64,000 nucleotides of DNA, from NCBI GenBank assembly GCA_016931255.1, contig JAFGFG010000009.1:91627-155626 (forward strand). The letters run 5' to 3'. A program made the position numbers and the translations under genes. Under the pieces are notes generated by a model. It saw only the letters and a list, made by a program, of their open reading frames with translations. It did no database searches and was not told the origin of the DNA. Below, piece after piece: positions 1 to 7,971 of the stretch. The stretch's first letter is position 1, and each line of letters opens with the position of its first letter. The stretch is from Candidatus Aenigmatarchaeota archaeon. Lineage in GTDB: Archaea > Aenigmatarchaeota > Aenigmatarchaeia > QMZP01 > JAFGSV01.

Positions 1-2
1 CC

Positions 3-431
3 AATGAGAGCGATAACCTGCTTATATGCCTGAATGCCAAGAAGATGCGTTCCTGCAAGACAGCCGCGAGGGTTGAGAGGGTGGAATCCGAGGAGACTTT
101 CAGGGGTCTCGGCATAGACACTGTCATACATCCGGAGAGGGCGGCCGCCCATTATCTTGAGGAAATGATAACCAAGCCTGAAGTCGTTGACCTTGCTTTC
201 ATAGGTCGTGGAGAGGCAGCGATACTCGAATTTGATATCACAAAAAAATCTCTTGTAAATGGAAAAAAGGTGAAAGACATAGAGTACCCGAAAGGGTCTG
301 TCATAGTGGCTATCCACAGAAATGGCAAGCTCATCATTCCCGAACCGTCGACAGAGATTAAACCGGGAGAGAAGATTCTGGTGCTTGCAAATAACAGCGT
401 GATAGAAAGGGTCAGGAAGATGTTCAGATAA
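3..431 (+). CDS. TrkA-like K+ transport regulatory protein, 5'-truncated at window edge (TrkA-C/RCK_C domain at C-terminus)
   Basis: Reading frame is open from the window start. The C-terminal region (GSVIVAIHRNGKLIIPEPSTEIKPGEKILVL) matches the RCK C-terminal fold from memory. ORF track 45..431 is the in-frame internal Met. Confidence 0.6.
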   Translation, partial: NESDNLLICLNAKKMRSCKTAARVERVESEETFRGLGIDTVIHPERAAAHYLEEMITKPEVVDLAFIGRGEAAILEFDITKKSLVNGKKVKDIEYPKGSVIVAIHRNGKLIIPEPSTEIKPGEKILVLANNSVIERVRKMFR

Positions 432-460
432 GCCCAAAACAGAAGGCAAAAACGTTTTTA

Positions 461-476
461 GAAAAGTATATAAATA
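461..476 (+). promoter_or_regulatory. putative archaeal BRE/TATA promoter for tRNA-Gly
   Basis: Purine-rich GAAAAG followed by TATATAAATA, centred about 30 nt upstream of the tRNA 5' end at 501. Confidence 0.45.
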
Positions 477-500
477 ATGATACAATACAGTAACACACAC

Positions 501-643
501 GCGTCGGTAGTTTAGTCTGGCTATGACATGGCGTTGCCAACGCTATAACCCGGGTTCAAAGGCCCGCTTTTCCGGCAGCTTACGCCTGCACAAAAGCAGG
601 CGCGCAAAAATGGAAAAGCTAGCTGAAATTCCCGGCCGACGCA
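501..643 (+). tRNA. tRNA-Gly(GCC) with about 69-nt intron in the T-loop (position about 59/60; intron about 561..629)
   Basis: Acceptor GCGTCGG (501-507) pairs perfectly with CCGACGC (636-642), then discriminator A. D-arm carries A14, G18G19, A21. Anticodon arm is TGGCG/TTGCCAA/CGCTA, giving GCC. T-stem CCGGG (550-554) pairs 5/5 with CCCGG (631-635). T-loop is TTCAAA...T, interrupted by a structured insert containing the hairpin CGCCTGC-acaaaa-GCAGGCG. A continuous (intron-less) model fails at the T-stem and acceptor. Confidence 0.7.
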
Positions 644-730
644 TTCTTTTCTTTGACATTTCATTTTAGTGCTAAAACAGATGACCTGCGTTATATTTAT
701 ATATTTGTTGTAATATATTATAACAACAAT

Positions 731-1489
731 ATGAAAGTAGAAAATATTCTTCAGGGAGCAGGCCTGGCCGGGAACGAGACCAAGGTCTATCTCTCTTTGC
801 TGGATCTCGGTTCTGTTACAGCAGGAGATATTGCGAAAGCATCTGGCGTTAACAGGACGAATGTATACGATGCACTCAGGAGCCTTGCTGAGAAAGGGCT
901 TGCGGGTCACATCAAGAAGGCGGAACGCCGGTATTTCGAGGCCGCCTCCCCTACAAAGTTTCTTCACTATCTTGAAGAAAAGGAAGAAGAAGTTCGTGAA
1001 CGAAGAAAAAGCCTTGAGGAGATTATTCCCGATCTTGAGATGAAGAGGGCACTTTCAAGAGAACAGCAGGAGGCTACAGTCTACACCGGAAGGAAAGGAC
1101 TGAAAACTGTTGCTGAAGATGTGCTTAAGGAGAACAGTGAACTTCTGGTGTTTGGCGCGGAGGGCGGATTCGCGAGGATTTTCGGAACATATTCAAGGAA
1201 CTGGCACAGACGACGTTCTCACTCGCGAATACCAATGAAGATAATATACAGCGAGAAGCTGAGGACCGTGAAGTCTTCGGAATCCATTCCAATGGCAGAG
1301 ATGCGCTTCAGCAGCAGCCTCCATGACATACCTGCGACTACATGGGTATACGGCGGGAAAGTCGCAATAATAGTCTGGTCGGAGCATCCGGTCATCACAG
1401 TAATACGAAGCGGAAAGGCTGCAATGACCTACAGGCAGTTTTTCCGTGAGTTGTGGAGGTCATCAAGTGGTCCTTCGGTGAACATTTAA
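731..1489 (+). CDS. TrmB-family transcriptional regulator (N-terminal wHTH)
   Basis: MKVENILQGAGLAGNETKVYLSLLDLGSVTAGDIAKASGVNRTNVYDALRSLAEKGL is a typical TrmB N-terminal HTH. Start moved to the internal Met at 731. The upstream part of ORF 653.. reads through an AT-rich leader. Confidence 0.65.
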   Translation: MKVENILQGAGLAGNETKVYLSLLDLGSVTAGDIAKASGVNRTNVYDALRSLAEKGLAGHIKKAERRYFEAASPTKFLHYLEEKEEEVRERRKSLEEIIPDLEMKRALSREQQEATVYTGRKGLKTVAEDVLKENSELLVFGAEGGFARIFGTYSRNWHRRRSHSRIPMKIIYSEKLRTVKSSESIPMAEMRFSSSLHDIPATTWVYGGKVAIIVWSEHPVITVIRSGKAAMTYRQFFRELWRSSSGPSVNI

Positions 1490-1529
1490 AAATCAGGAAC
1501 CGAAAGATAAGTTATAGCTTTTTGGTTGA

Positions 1530-1949
1530 TTGAATATGATGGAAGATTTTGAAAGTGAAATAAAGCAGGCAGTCAGCAGGCGGCCGGCTTTTGAAGTGCC
1601 CGAGGCAAGGCCTGTGAGTTCACCGCCGGTTTTCGTGAAGATCGACAGGTACAGGGAACTTCTCGAGGACATACAGAAGCTCAGGTCATATTCTCTTGGA
1701 TTAAGGGATGCCCTTGACGCCATGGCAGAGATAGAGAAGGAATTCAAGACAGCCATGGGCCTCACGAACAAGGTTCTTGACAAGGTCAACATGCTTATTT
1801 CATCACTCGACATGAAGCTTCTAAGGAAGGCGGGAAATGACATAGACCATCTTCCTGCTGTGAAGTCGCCTGATGAAGTAGAGAGCTACGTGAAAGGCAT
1901 CTACGACCAGGTCGAGAAGCTGAAGAAAGAATTGCATTCGCTGTCATAG
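1530..1949 (+). CDS. hypothetical coiled-coil protein
   Basis: 139-aa ORF with heptad-like charged sequence and no recognisable motif. Confidence 0.4.
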   Translation: MNMMEDFESEIKQAVSRRPAFEVPEARPVSSPPVFVKIDRYRELLEDIQKLRSYSLGLRDALDAMAEIEKEFKTAMGLTNKVLDKVNMLISSLDMKLLRKAGNDIDHLPAVKSPDEVESYVKGIYDQVEKLKKELHSLS

Positions 1950-1955
1950 AGATGC

Positions 1956-1966
1956 TTTTTAAATTT
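1956..1966 (+). promoter_or_regulatory. putative TATA-like element for tRNA-Leu
   Basis: TTTTTAAATTT centred about 30 nt upstream of the tRNA start at 1991. Confidence 0.35.
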
Positions 1967-1990
1967 CTCCCGGAATACTTTAGTGTAAAC

Positions 1991-2117
1991 GCGGAGGTAG
2001 CGAAGTGGTCAAACGCGGCAGATTGCCTCTTGAGCGCTGAAAGCGCTTGCTTGGTGAAGTCGAAGCTCAAGACCTGCTCTCTTAGTGAGTTCCGAGGTTC
2101 GAACCCTCGCCTCCGCA
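1991..2117 (+). tRNA. tRNA-Leu(CAA), class II (long variable arm), with about 43-nt intron at non-canonical position about 30/31 (intron about 2022..2064)
   Basis: Acceptor GCGGAGG pairs with CCTCCGC (2110-2116), discriminator A. T-arm is CGAGG/TTCGAAC/CCTCG. Anticodon loop CTCAAGA (2066-2072) gives CAA. The 3' anticodon stem CCTGC pairs with GCAG (2018-2021) plus G2065, so the insert lies inside the 5' anticodon stem. Long variable arm CTCTTAGTGAGTTC. The intron contains the hairpin AGCGC-tgaaa-GCGCT. Confidence 0.65.
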
Positions 2118-2236
2118 CTCATTTTCTTTTAAAATGGAAGAAAACAGCCAAAGCTTTTAAACGTTAGGTCTACAAATAATGAGATACCGGTTAACCTATT
2201 CATATAAAAATCGATGGTTAAATAATAGGCAAGAGA

Positions 2237-2602
2237 GTGAAAATCATGAAGGTCAGAAATAAGAACGAGCTCTTGAGAGACCTGATAGAGAAGCTTGAGG
2301 AAAGAAGCAGGCAGGAGAATGTTTCGTTCTGGGGCGCAATCGCCAAGAAGCTCAACAGGCCACGAAGAAAGGCATATGAAGTCAATCTCTTCTCTCTCCA
2401 AAGGTATGCAGGAAAGGAAACAATTATAGTTCCAGGTTATGTTCTAGGTACAGGCGACCTCACCAAACCGGTTACAGTCGCAGCAATCAAATTCTCTTCA
2501 AAGGCTGAGGAGAAGATTAAAAAAGCGGGCGGAAAGGTTCTGGATATTTTTGACTTCGTCGAGAGCAAGCCGAACCTTAAAAATGTAAAGATTATGGGAT
2601 GA
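2237..2602 (+). CDS. rpl18e: 50S ribosomal protein L18e (eL18)
   Basis: Conserved core VNLFSLQRYAGKETIIVPGYVLGTGDLTKPVTVAAIKFSSKAEEKIKKAGGKV matches archaeal L18e. Confidence 0.85.
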   Translation: MKIMKVRNKNELLRDLIEKLEERSRQENVSFWGAIAKKLNRPRRKAYEVNLFSLQRYAGKETIIVPGYVLGTGDLTKPVTVAAIKFSSKAEEKIKKAGGKVLDIFDFVESKPNLKNVKIMG

Positions 2603-3009
2603 TTCTTATGAAATACATAAACGCTGAAAATCAGGTTCTCGGACGTCTTTCATCAATTGTCGCTAAGATGATTATCGAAGGCGAGCAGGTTTATGTTGTG
2701 AACGCGGAAAAAGCGGTTATTATCGGAAATCCGACATCTATACTTAATGGATACAGGACAAAGAGGGCAAGGGGTGATCCGTATCACGGTCCGTTCTTCC
2801 CGAGGGAATCTGAGAAGATACTCAAGAGGACTGTGAGAGGCATGATTTCTTACAAGACTTCAAGAGGCAGGGAGGCCTTTAAAAGACTCAAGGTCTTTAA
2901 CTCTATACCAACCGATCTTGTTGGGAAGGAATTCGATAAGATAAAGGGCGCTGAAAACAAGGGCGAAGCGAAGTCAATAACACTTGGAAGAATTTCGGAG
3001 CTTATATGA
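2599..3009 (+). CDS. rpl13: 50S ribosomal protein L13 (uL13)
   Basis: Typical uL13 length and motifs (NAEKAVIIGNP, RGMISYKTSRG). Overlaps L18e stop by 4 nt. Confidence 0.85.
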   Translation: MILMKYINAENQVLGRLSSIVAKMIIEGEQVYVVNAEKAVIIGNPTSILNGYRTKRARGDPYHGPFFPRESEKILKRTVRGMISYKTSRGREAFKRLKVFNSIPTDLVGKEFDKIKGAENKGEAKSITLGRISELI

Positions 3010-3443
3010 GCGGAAAAGAAGAAAAGAAAACCGAGAAGAAGGAAAATGAAAACTTTGCTACAGGAAAGAGAAGGAAAGCAGTAGCAAGGGCAAGCATCAG
3101 ACCAGGCACTGGTGTAATCACGCTTAACTCAATGCCGATAGATGACATAAAGAATCAGACAGTCAGGCTCCTTCTTCACGAGCCGCTAAGTCTTGTCGGT
3201 GATGCATGGAAAAAGTTCAACATAAAGGTCAGCACGAACGGAGGCGGAACACTCGGACAGGCGCAGGCTGCACGACAGTCAATCGCAAAGTGCCTCGCAG
3301 ATGCACTCGGCGATGAGGCAAAAGCAATTTTCATGGCATATGACAGAAACATGCTTGCTTATGATCCTAGAAGGACGGAGCCACATAAGTCTCCAAGGTC
3401 TTCGCAGGGTCCGAGAAGGTACAAGCAGAGGTCAAAGAGGTAG
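3006..3443 (+). CDS. rps9: 30S ribosomal protein S9 (uS9)
   Basis: GKRRKAVARASIRPGTGVITLN and the C-terminal basic tail (RRYKQRSKR) are uS9 hallmarks. Confidence 0.88.
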   Translation: MSGKEEKKTEKKENENFATGKRRKAVARASIRPGTGVITLNSMPIDDIKNQTVRLLLHEPLSLVGDAWKKFNIKVSTNGGGTLGQAQAARQSIAKCLADALGDEAKAIFMAYDRNMLAYDPRRTEPHKSPRSSQGPRRYKQRSKR

Positions 3444-3770
3444 ATGATTATGGAATACGCAAGAGTCAAGCTCGCAGGAAGGAACTACAAGGAATTGGAA
3501 GAGATATGCGACATGATAAAGGGCATAGCAAAGAAGTATGGCGTGTCAGTACGCGGACCTATGCCGATGCCGACAAAGAAGCTCAGGGTCACGACGCTCA
3601 AGACTCCCTGCGGTGACGGAACCGGTCACGGCAATGCCACATGGGACAAGTGGGAAATGAGGATACACAAGAGGGTAATAGACATAGGAACCAATGACCG
3701 TGCCCTTCGTCAGGTTGTCAGGCTTCCGATACCAGAGGGCATAAAGATAGACATCGAGTTCAAGGAATAG
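3444..3770 (+). CDS. rps10: 30S ribosomal protein S10 (uS10)
   Basis: GPMPMPTKKLRVTTLKTPCGDGTGHGNATWDKWEMRIHKRVIDI matches the archaeal uS10 consensus (GPIPLPTK...TWDKWEMR.HKRLIDI). Confidence 0.8.
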   Translation: MIMEYARVKLAGRNYKELEEICDMIKGIAKKYGVSVRGPMPMPTKKLRVTTLKTPCGDGTGHGNATWDKWEMRIHKRVIDIGTNDRALRQVVRLPIPEGIKIDIEFKE

Positions 3771-3811
3771 TTTCTGCAAAACTATTATAGTGGATTCCAC
3801 AAATTATTATC

Positions 3812-4282
3812 ATGCTTGAGTTAATCATGTCCCAGTTATCCGAACTTGATAATATTATATTAGATAACTATATGATCAGTGCTTTTGTGATATCGGCAGT
3901 TATTGGGTTGATTACATTTTTTCTCATAAGGAAGATGCATAAAACCAACGATGAAACAACACAGAAAAATGACAAGGATTCAGAAAAATCTCGGAAGATT
4001 CCGGGCTTTCCAAAAAAACATCCTGCTGAATTGCCTGTTCCACTTCCTCCCGGAAGTGATGCACGGAAGGCGGGACTGCTTGCTGTGGTAAGCGAACTTG
4101 AGAAATACATTAACCGCATAAATCCCGATACCAGTGAAGATAGGCGTAAAATGTACAATCAGCTCAGGCTGCGGATAGAGAAGACCAAGATATGCATAAA
4201 TGCCGGTGATTTCAGGGGAGCAAAAAGAAACATAAGCAGTGCTGAAATGTACATTAAATTAATGGTTCTGAAATCATTATGA
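3812..4282 (+). CDS. hypothetical membrane-anchored protein (N-terminal TM, charged cytoplasmic domain)
   Basis: 156-aa ORF with a hydrophobic segment near the N-terminus. No motif recognised. Confidence 0.4.
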   Translation: MLELIMSQLSELDNIILDNYMISAFVISAVIGLITFFLIRKMHKTNDETTQKNDKDSEKSRKIPGFPKKHPAELPVPLPPGSDARKAGLLAVVSELEKYINRINPDTSEDRRKMYNQLRLRIEKTKICINAGDFRGAKRNISSAEMYIKLMVLKSL

Positions 4283-4311
4283 TTTTTATTTCATGAAATC
4301 TCTCAGAATGT

Positions 4312-5334
4312 ATGGGTGTAAATCTTCGTGACATTGTCACGCATCAGGAAATCTCCATGGAGTCACTTAGTGGAAAAGTGATAGCAATAGACGCGCTGAA
4401 TATAATATACCAGTTCCTGTCAATCATACGTGACCGTTTTACAGGCGAGCCGCTCAAGGATTCCCATGGAAACGTGACGTCACACCTTTCAGGCATATTC
4501 TACAGGACCTCAAGGATGATTGAGAACAACATAACACCAGTGTTCATCTTTGACGGGGAGCCGCCTCTTTTCAAGAAGGGTACGCAGGAAGAGCGCAGGA
4601 AGATAAAAGAAGCTGCGCAGGAGAAGCTGGAAGAGGCGATTGAAAAGGGCGACCAGGAGAAGATAAGGCTCTATGCACAGCAGACGTCAAAGGTCACAGA
4701 TGGAATGCTCGACGAGGCCAAAAGGCTTCTGGATACAATGGGCGTTCAGTGGGTACGGGCTCCAAGCGAGGGTGAGGCCCAGGCATCTTTCATGAACAGG
4801 AACGGCAGTGTCTATGCATGCGGCTCCCAGGACTGGGATTCGCTTCTTTTCGGTGCTGAAAGGCTTGTGAGAAACCTTGCTGTCAGCGGAAAGAGGAAAC
4901 TTCCGGGAAAGGAGTCTTATGTCAAGGTCAGCCCTGAGATGATAGAACTTGGAAATGTCCTCTCACAGCTTTCAATAACACGGGAGCAGCTGGTGACAGC
5001 GGGAATACTTATAGGAACTGATTATAATCCTGGCGGCATAAAGGGCATTGGCCCGAAGAAGGCCATAGAACTGGTGAAGGAGAAAGGAAGCTTTGATAAG
5101 GTGATGGAGCATATCGATTGGACATTCGACACAGCACCCGGAAAAATATACGATTTTTTTATGAATCCGCCTTCTGCTGAAGTGTCCATAGAGAAGCGGC
5201 ATGCTGACTATGACAAGGTTACTGATATACTTATAGGGCACGACTTCTCTCCTGAAAGGATAAAAAGCACAATCGGGAAGATTGGTGAAGCTGCTGAAAA
5301 AAAGAAGCAGTCAACACTCGGAAGCTTCATCTGA
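4312..5334 (+). CDS. fen: flap endonuclease FEN-1
   Basis: N-terminal MGVNLRDI...GKVIAIDALNIIYQFL, an internal domain and an H3TH region fit archaeal FEN-1. Length 340 aa. Confidence 0.88.
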   Translation: MGVNLRDIVTHQEISMESLSGKVIAIDALNIIYQFLSIIRDRFTGEPLKDSHGNVTSHLSGIFYRTSRMIENNITPVFIFDGEPPLFKKGTQEERRKIKEAAQEKLEEAIEKGDQEKIRLYAQQTSKVTDGMLDEAKRLLDTMGVQWVRAPSEGEAQASFMNRNGSVYACGSQDWDSLLFGAERLVRNLAVSGKRKLPGKESYVKVSPEMIELGNVLSQLSITREQLVTAGILIGTDYNPGGIKGIGPKKAIELVKEKGSFDKVMEHIDWTFDTAPGKIYDFFMNPPSAEVSIEKRHADYDKVTDILIGHDFSPERIKSTIGKIGEAAEKKKQSTLGSFI

Positions 5335-5363
5335 TTTTTTAATCATGAAATGCAAGAATAAAG

Positions 5364-5654
5364 ATGGCAGCCTCGCCTATTGGAATCGTACTTGACATGG
5401 TTATTCTGGTTATTGACAATACCATAGGTACTGTTCTGAGCATTTTTGGCCTTTTCGGAGACCTTCTGGCGTCAATGATGGGTGTTTCATCTACCGGAGG
5501 AACTCTGGGCATAGTGCTCTTTTTCGTTGTTCTCGGACTTGTGGGCTTCTTTGTTTTCAAGCTCTTCGTGGGCGCGCTGAAAACCATAGGAATGCTTGTT
5601 GTAGCTGTATTGGCGATACTGGCATTCATTGCTATAGGTCTGGGGCTTGTATAG
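5364..5654 (+). CDS. small integral membrane protein (3 predicted TM)
   Basis: 96 aa, strongly hydrophobic. Antisense ORF 5339..5629 is considered spurious. Confidence 0.45.
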   Translation: MAASPIGIVLDMVILVIDNTIGTVLSIFGLFGDLLASMMGVSSTGGTLGIVLFFVVLGLVGFFVFKLFVGALKTIGMLVVAVLAILAFIAIGLGLV

Positions 5655-5687
5655 CCAAAGCTATTAAAAATAAAAGAAAAGACCGAA

Positions 5688-6101
5688 TCATTTCTTCGGC
5701 GTTATCTTGGGCATTGGCATCGGTGGCGGGAGCTGAAGGTCATCCGCAAGTATTGACGCCTTGAGAAGACAGTTTCTGAAAAGGTAGTTGAGTACCTCTA
5801 TTGAGTTTGCTTCCGGGAGTTTCTTGCTTTTCTTGAATTCGTCCAACACAGCCTTGCTTTTATCGGTGACGTACATCAGCGTTCCGTCTATCCTTATTGT
5901 TGCGAAAGCCGGATCATACCGTGTAAGGAATTCGAAGTCTATTGAAAGCGCTTTCTTCGATGAAAGCGTAGGAACATCCACTTCTTTGACATCCTTTATC
6001 ATAGGCGTGCTGTTTACCTTGACTTCCTTGTTTCCTACTCCACCTTCTTTTCTTGCCTCTATTGTTTTGTAATTAAGTCCTACTACTGGCATTTTATTCA
6101 A
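5688..6101 (-). CDS. hypothetical protein (137 aa, C-terminal PPPMPMP tail)
   Basis: Clean ORF with no motif recognised. Confidence 0.45.
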   Translation of the reverse strand: MNKMPVVGLNYKTIEARKEGGVGNKEVKVNSTPMIKDVKEVDVPTLSSKKALSIDFEFLTRYDPAFATIRIDGTLMYVTDKSKAVLDEFKKSKKLPEANSIEVLNYLFRNCLLKASILADDLQLPPPMPMPKITPKK

Positions 6102-6235
6102 CCTCTTAATATGTTCATGTTCTTGCTTTTAAAAGCTTATTCAGCTTATCTGGATTATTGGAAACGTACATTTATATTATTGCTTTTAACTCTCAATGGA
6201 TGTGATTTATAAATCATAGGCTATAAGGTGATAAA

Positions 6236-6772
6236 ATGAATGTTCTGGTACCCCTTGCAGAGGGATTCGAAGAGATAGAAGCGATGACAGTCGTTGATGT
6301 GCTGAGAAGGGCAGGCATAAAGGTTACAACAGCGGGGATACCCGGAACCATAGTTCTGGGAAGCCGCGGAGTAAAGATTATAGCTGACACCAAGCTTGAC
6401 AGCATAGTAGAGAAGGATTATGATGGTCTGGTACTTGTCGGCGGGTCACCGGGCTATACAAATCTCTCAAGATCCAACAAGGTCATGAAGATAATAGGCG
6501 ATTATCACAGGGACGGAAAGCTTGTTTCTGCAATATGCGGTGCGCCTACATGCCTTGCTGAAGCGGGAATACTTTCGAATGTCAAGGCAACTGTCTATCC
6601 CGGACTTGAGAAGTACATACCGAAGCCGAGGAACGAAAAGGTGCTTCTGGACGGAAACGTGATAACATCGCAGGGTCCCGGAACTTCCATGGATTTCGCC
6701 CTCAAGATTGTTGAATATCTTGCAGGAAAGGAAACAATGAAAAATGTCAGGGAGCAGCTGGTTTTCAGGTGA
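6236..6772 (+). CDS. DJ-1/PfpI family protein (ThiJ-like)
   Basis: DJ-1/PfpI fold signature with nucleophile-elbow Cys in SAICGAPTCLAEAGIL. 178 aa. Confidence 0.85.
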   Translation: MNVLVPLAEGFEEIEAMTVVDVLRRAGIKVTTAGIPGTIVLGSRGVKIIADTKLDSIVEKDYDGLVLVGGSPGYTNLSRSNKVMKIIGDYHRDGKLVSAICGAPTCLAEAGILSNVKATVYPGLEKYIPKPRNEKVLLDGNVITSQGPGTSMDFALKIVEYLAGKETMKNVREQLVFR

Positions 6773-7037
6773 TTCTATGCTAAGCGATACAGAAATAAAG
6801 GTGCTTGATATACTGAGCAAAAATCTTCTCGCCAAGACAGGGGAGATAAGTTCCAGCATGGGCGGTGACGATGGTGTTGTTCCAACACTTCAGAAGCTTC
6901 AGTCCATGGACTGCGTGAAGACTGTTGAACCAATGGGAGAAAGGTGCTACGTGATAACCCGGAAAGGAACGAGAATGCTCAGGGAAGCGATGAATCCAGA
7001 GAAAAGGGAACAACAACACGGGTTCTTCACTTCATAG
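6744..7037 (+). CDS. hypothetical small protein, possible wHTH
   Basis: 97-aa ORF overlapping the DJ-1 stop. LSDTEIKVLDILSKNLLAKTGEISSSMGG resembles HTH helices. Confidence 0.35.
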   Translation: MSGSSWFSGDSMLSDTEIKVLDILSKNLLAKTGEISSSMGGDDGVVPTLQKLQSMDCVKTVEPMGERCYVITRKGTRMLREAMNPEKREQQHGFFTS

Positions 7038-7070
7038 GTTTTTTAGGCAGCAACCGAACTATTTATCAAC

Positions 7071-7188
7071 AGCCCTGTCGTCTAGTGGCCAAGGATACCG
7101 GTCTTTGGAGCTTGCTCTGAAGATTTGAGCCTTCGGGTGATGAGAGCGGAGAAAACCGGCGACGGCGGTTCGAATCCGCCCAGGGCTA
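7071..7188 (+). tRNA. tRNA-Gln(TTG) with about 45-nt canonical intron (37/38; intron about 7109..7153)
   Basis: Acceptor AGCCCTG pairs with CAGGGCT, discriminator A. D-loop AGTGGCCAAGG. Anticodon stem CCGGT pairs 5/5 with ACCGG across the insert. Loop CTTTGG|intron|A gives TTG. T-arm GGCGG/TTCGAAT/CCGCC. Confidence 0.75.
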
Positions 7189-7222
7189 TCTTATTTTTAA
7201 CGAGTGAAGGCGAAAGATATTC

Positions 7223-7531
7223 ATGACTGTTAAGAAGGCCTACAAGAACACAAGCGTGAATATCATAAAGATATTCAAGGCCCTGAAACCATCATCCGAT
7301 GACAGTGAAGGCTTCATAACAGTGTCTGAGATAGCCAGACGGTCAAAGCTCCATAAATGGACTGTCTCAAGGACACTGGACATTTACATGAACGCGATTG
7401 TGGATATTGTCCAGCCACCTGAGCTGGAGGCTCTCGGTCTTCAGGTGAAGCTTGTGAAGCTGACAAAGCCTGATATGACTGCCCAGCAGGTGATAAGTTA
7501 TTTAAAAATGAGGAGCAAAATAAACCCATGA
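7223..7531 (+). CDS. winged-helix DNA-binding protein
   Basis: ITVSEIARRSKLHKWTVSRTLD is an HTH-like segment. 102 aa. Confidence 0.45.
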   Translation: MTVKKAYKNTSVNIIKIFKALKPSSDDSEGFITVSEIARRSKLHKWTVSRTLDIYMNAIVDIVQPPELEALGLQVKLVKLTKPDMTAQQVISYLKMRSKINP

Positions 7532-7971
7532 AAGTGAATAAGCAGTTTGTATTCTCAATATTCGTTGGCGTCATGATGATAACATGGGCTATAGGCATGG
7601 CATTACAATATAACATAGATGTCAGCCCGGGTAAGGGAGCAAAGATAGAAACAGTCTACAGGGAGCTCCTCACCGGTCAGGAAAAGGTTAGCATACTCAG
7701 AACCGGGCGCGTGCTGATAGAGTATCTTTATATGACTGGTCCGGGGGCAGTTGACAAATCAATTACCTATGAGAATTTCGCTGCAAGGTTCGGCGACCTC
7801 ATAGTTCTCCAGATAGTCGAGGTCTCGCAGTCAAACCAGACAGTTGACCAGATGATTGTTCCTACAGGAGACGTAATCCCCCTGAATAATGTCAGCGAGT
7901 CCGAGCTGTTCGATGTATTCTGCAAGAACACATACGTCCAGCCAAAGGAATGCCTTCTGAGGAACATCTAA
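7528..7971 (+). CDS. hypothetical membrane-anchored protein
   Basis: N-terminal TM (FVFSIFVGVMMITWAIGMAL) followed by a soluble domain. Overlaps the upstream gene by 4 nt. Confidence 0.4.
   Translation: MKVNKQFVFSIFVGVMMITWAIGMALQYNIDVSPGKGAKIETVYRELLTGQEKVSILRTGRVLIEYLYMTGPGAVDKSITYENFAARFGDLIVLQIVEVSQSNQTVDQMIVPTGDVIPLNNVSESELFDVFCKNTYVQPKECLLRNI

Noticed and set aside
501-567. Colinear intron-less model for the tRNA-Gly
   Set aside because: It gives two mismatches in the T-stem and no acceptor 3' strand (CTTTTCC instead of CCGACGC). The intron model restores both perfectly.
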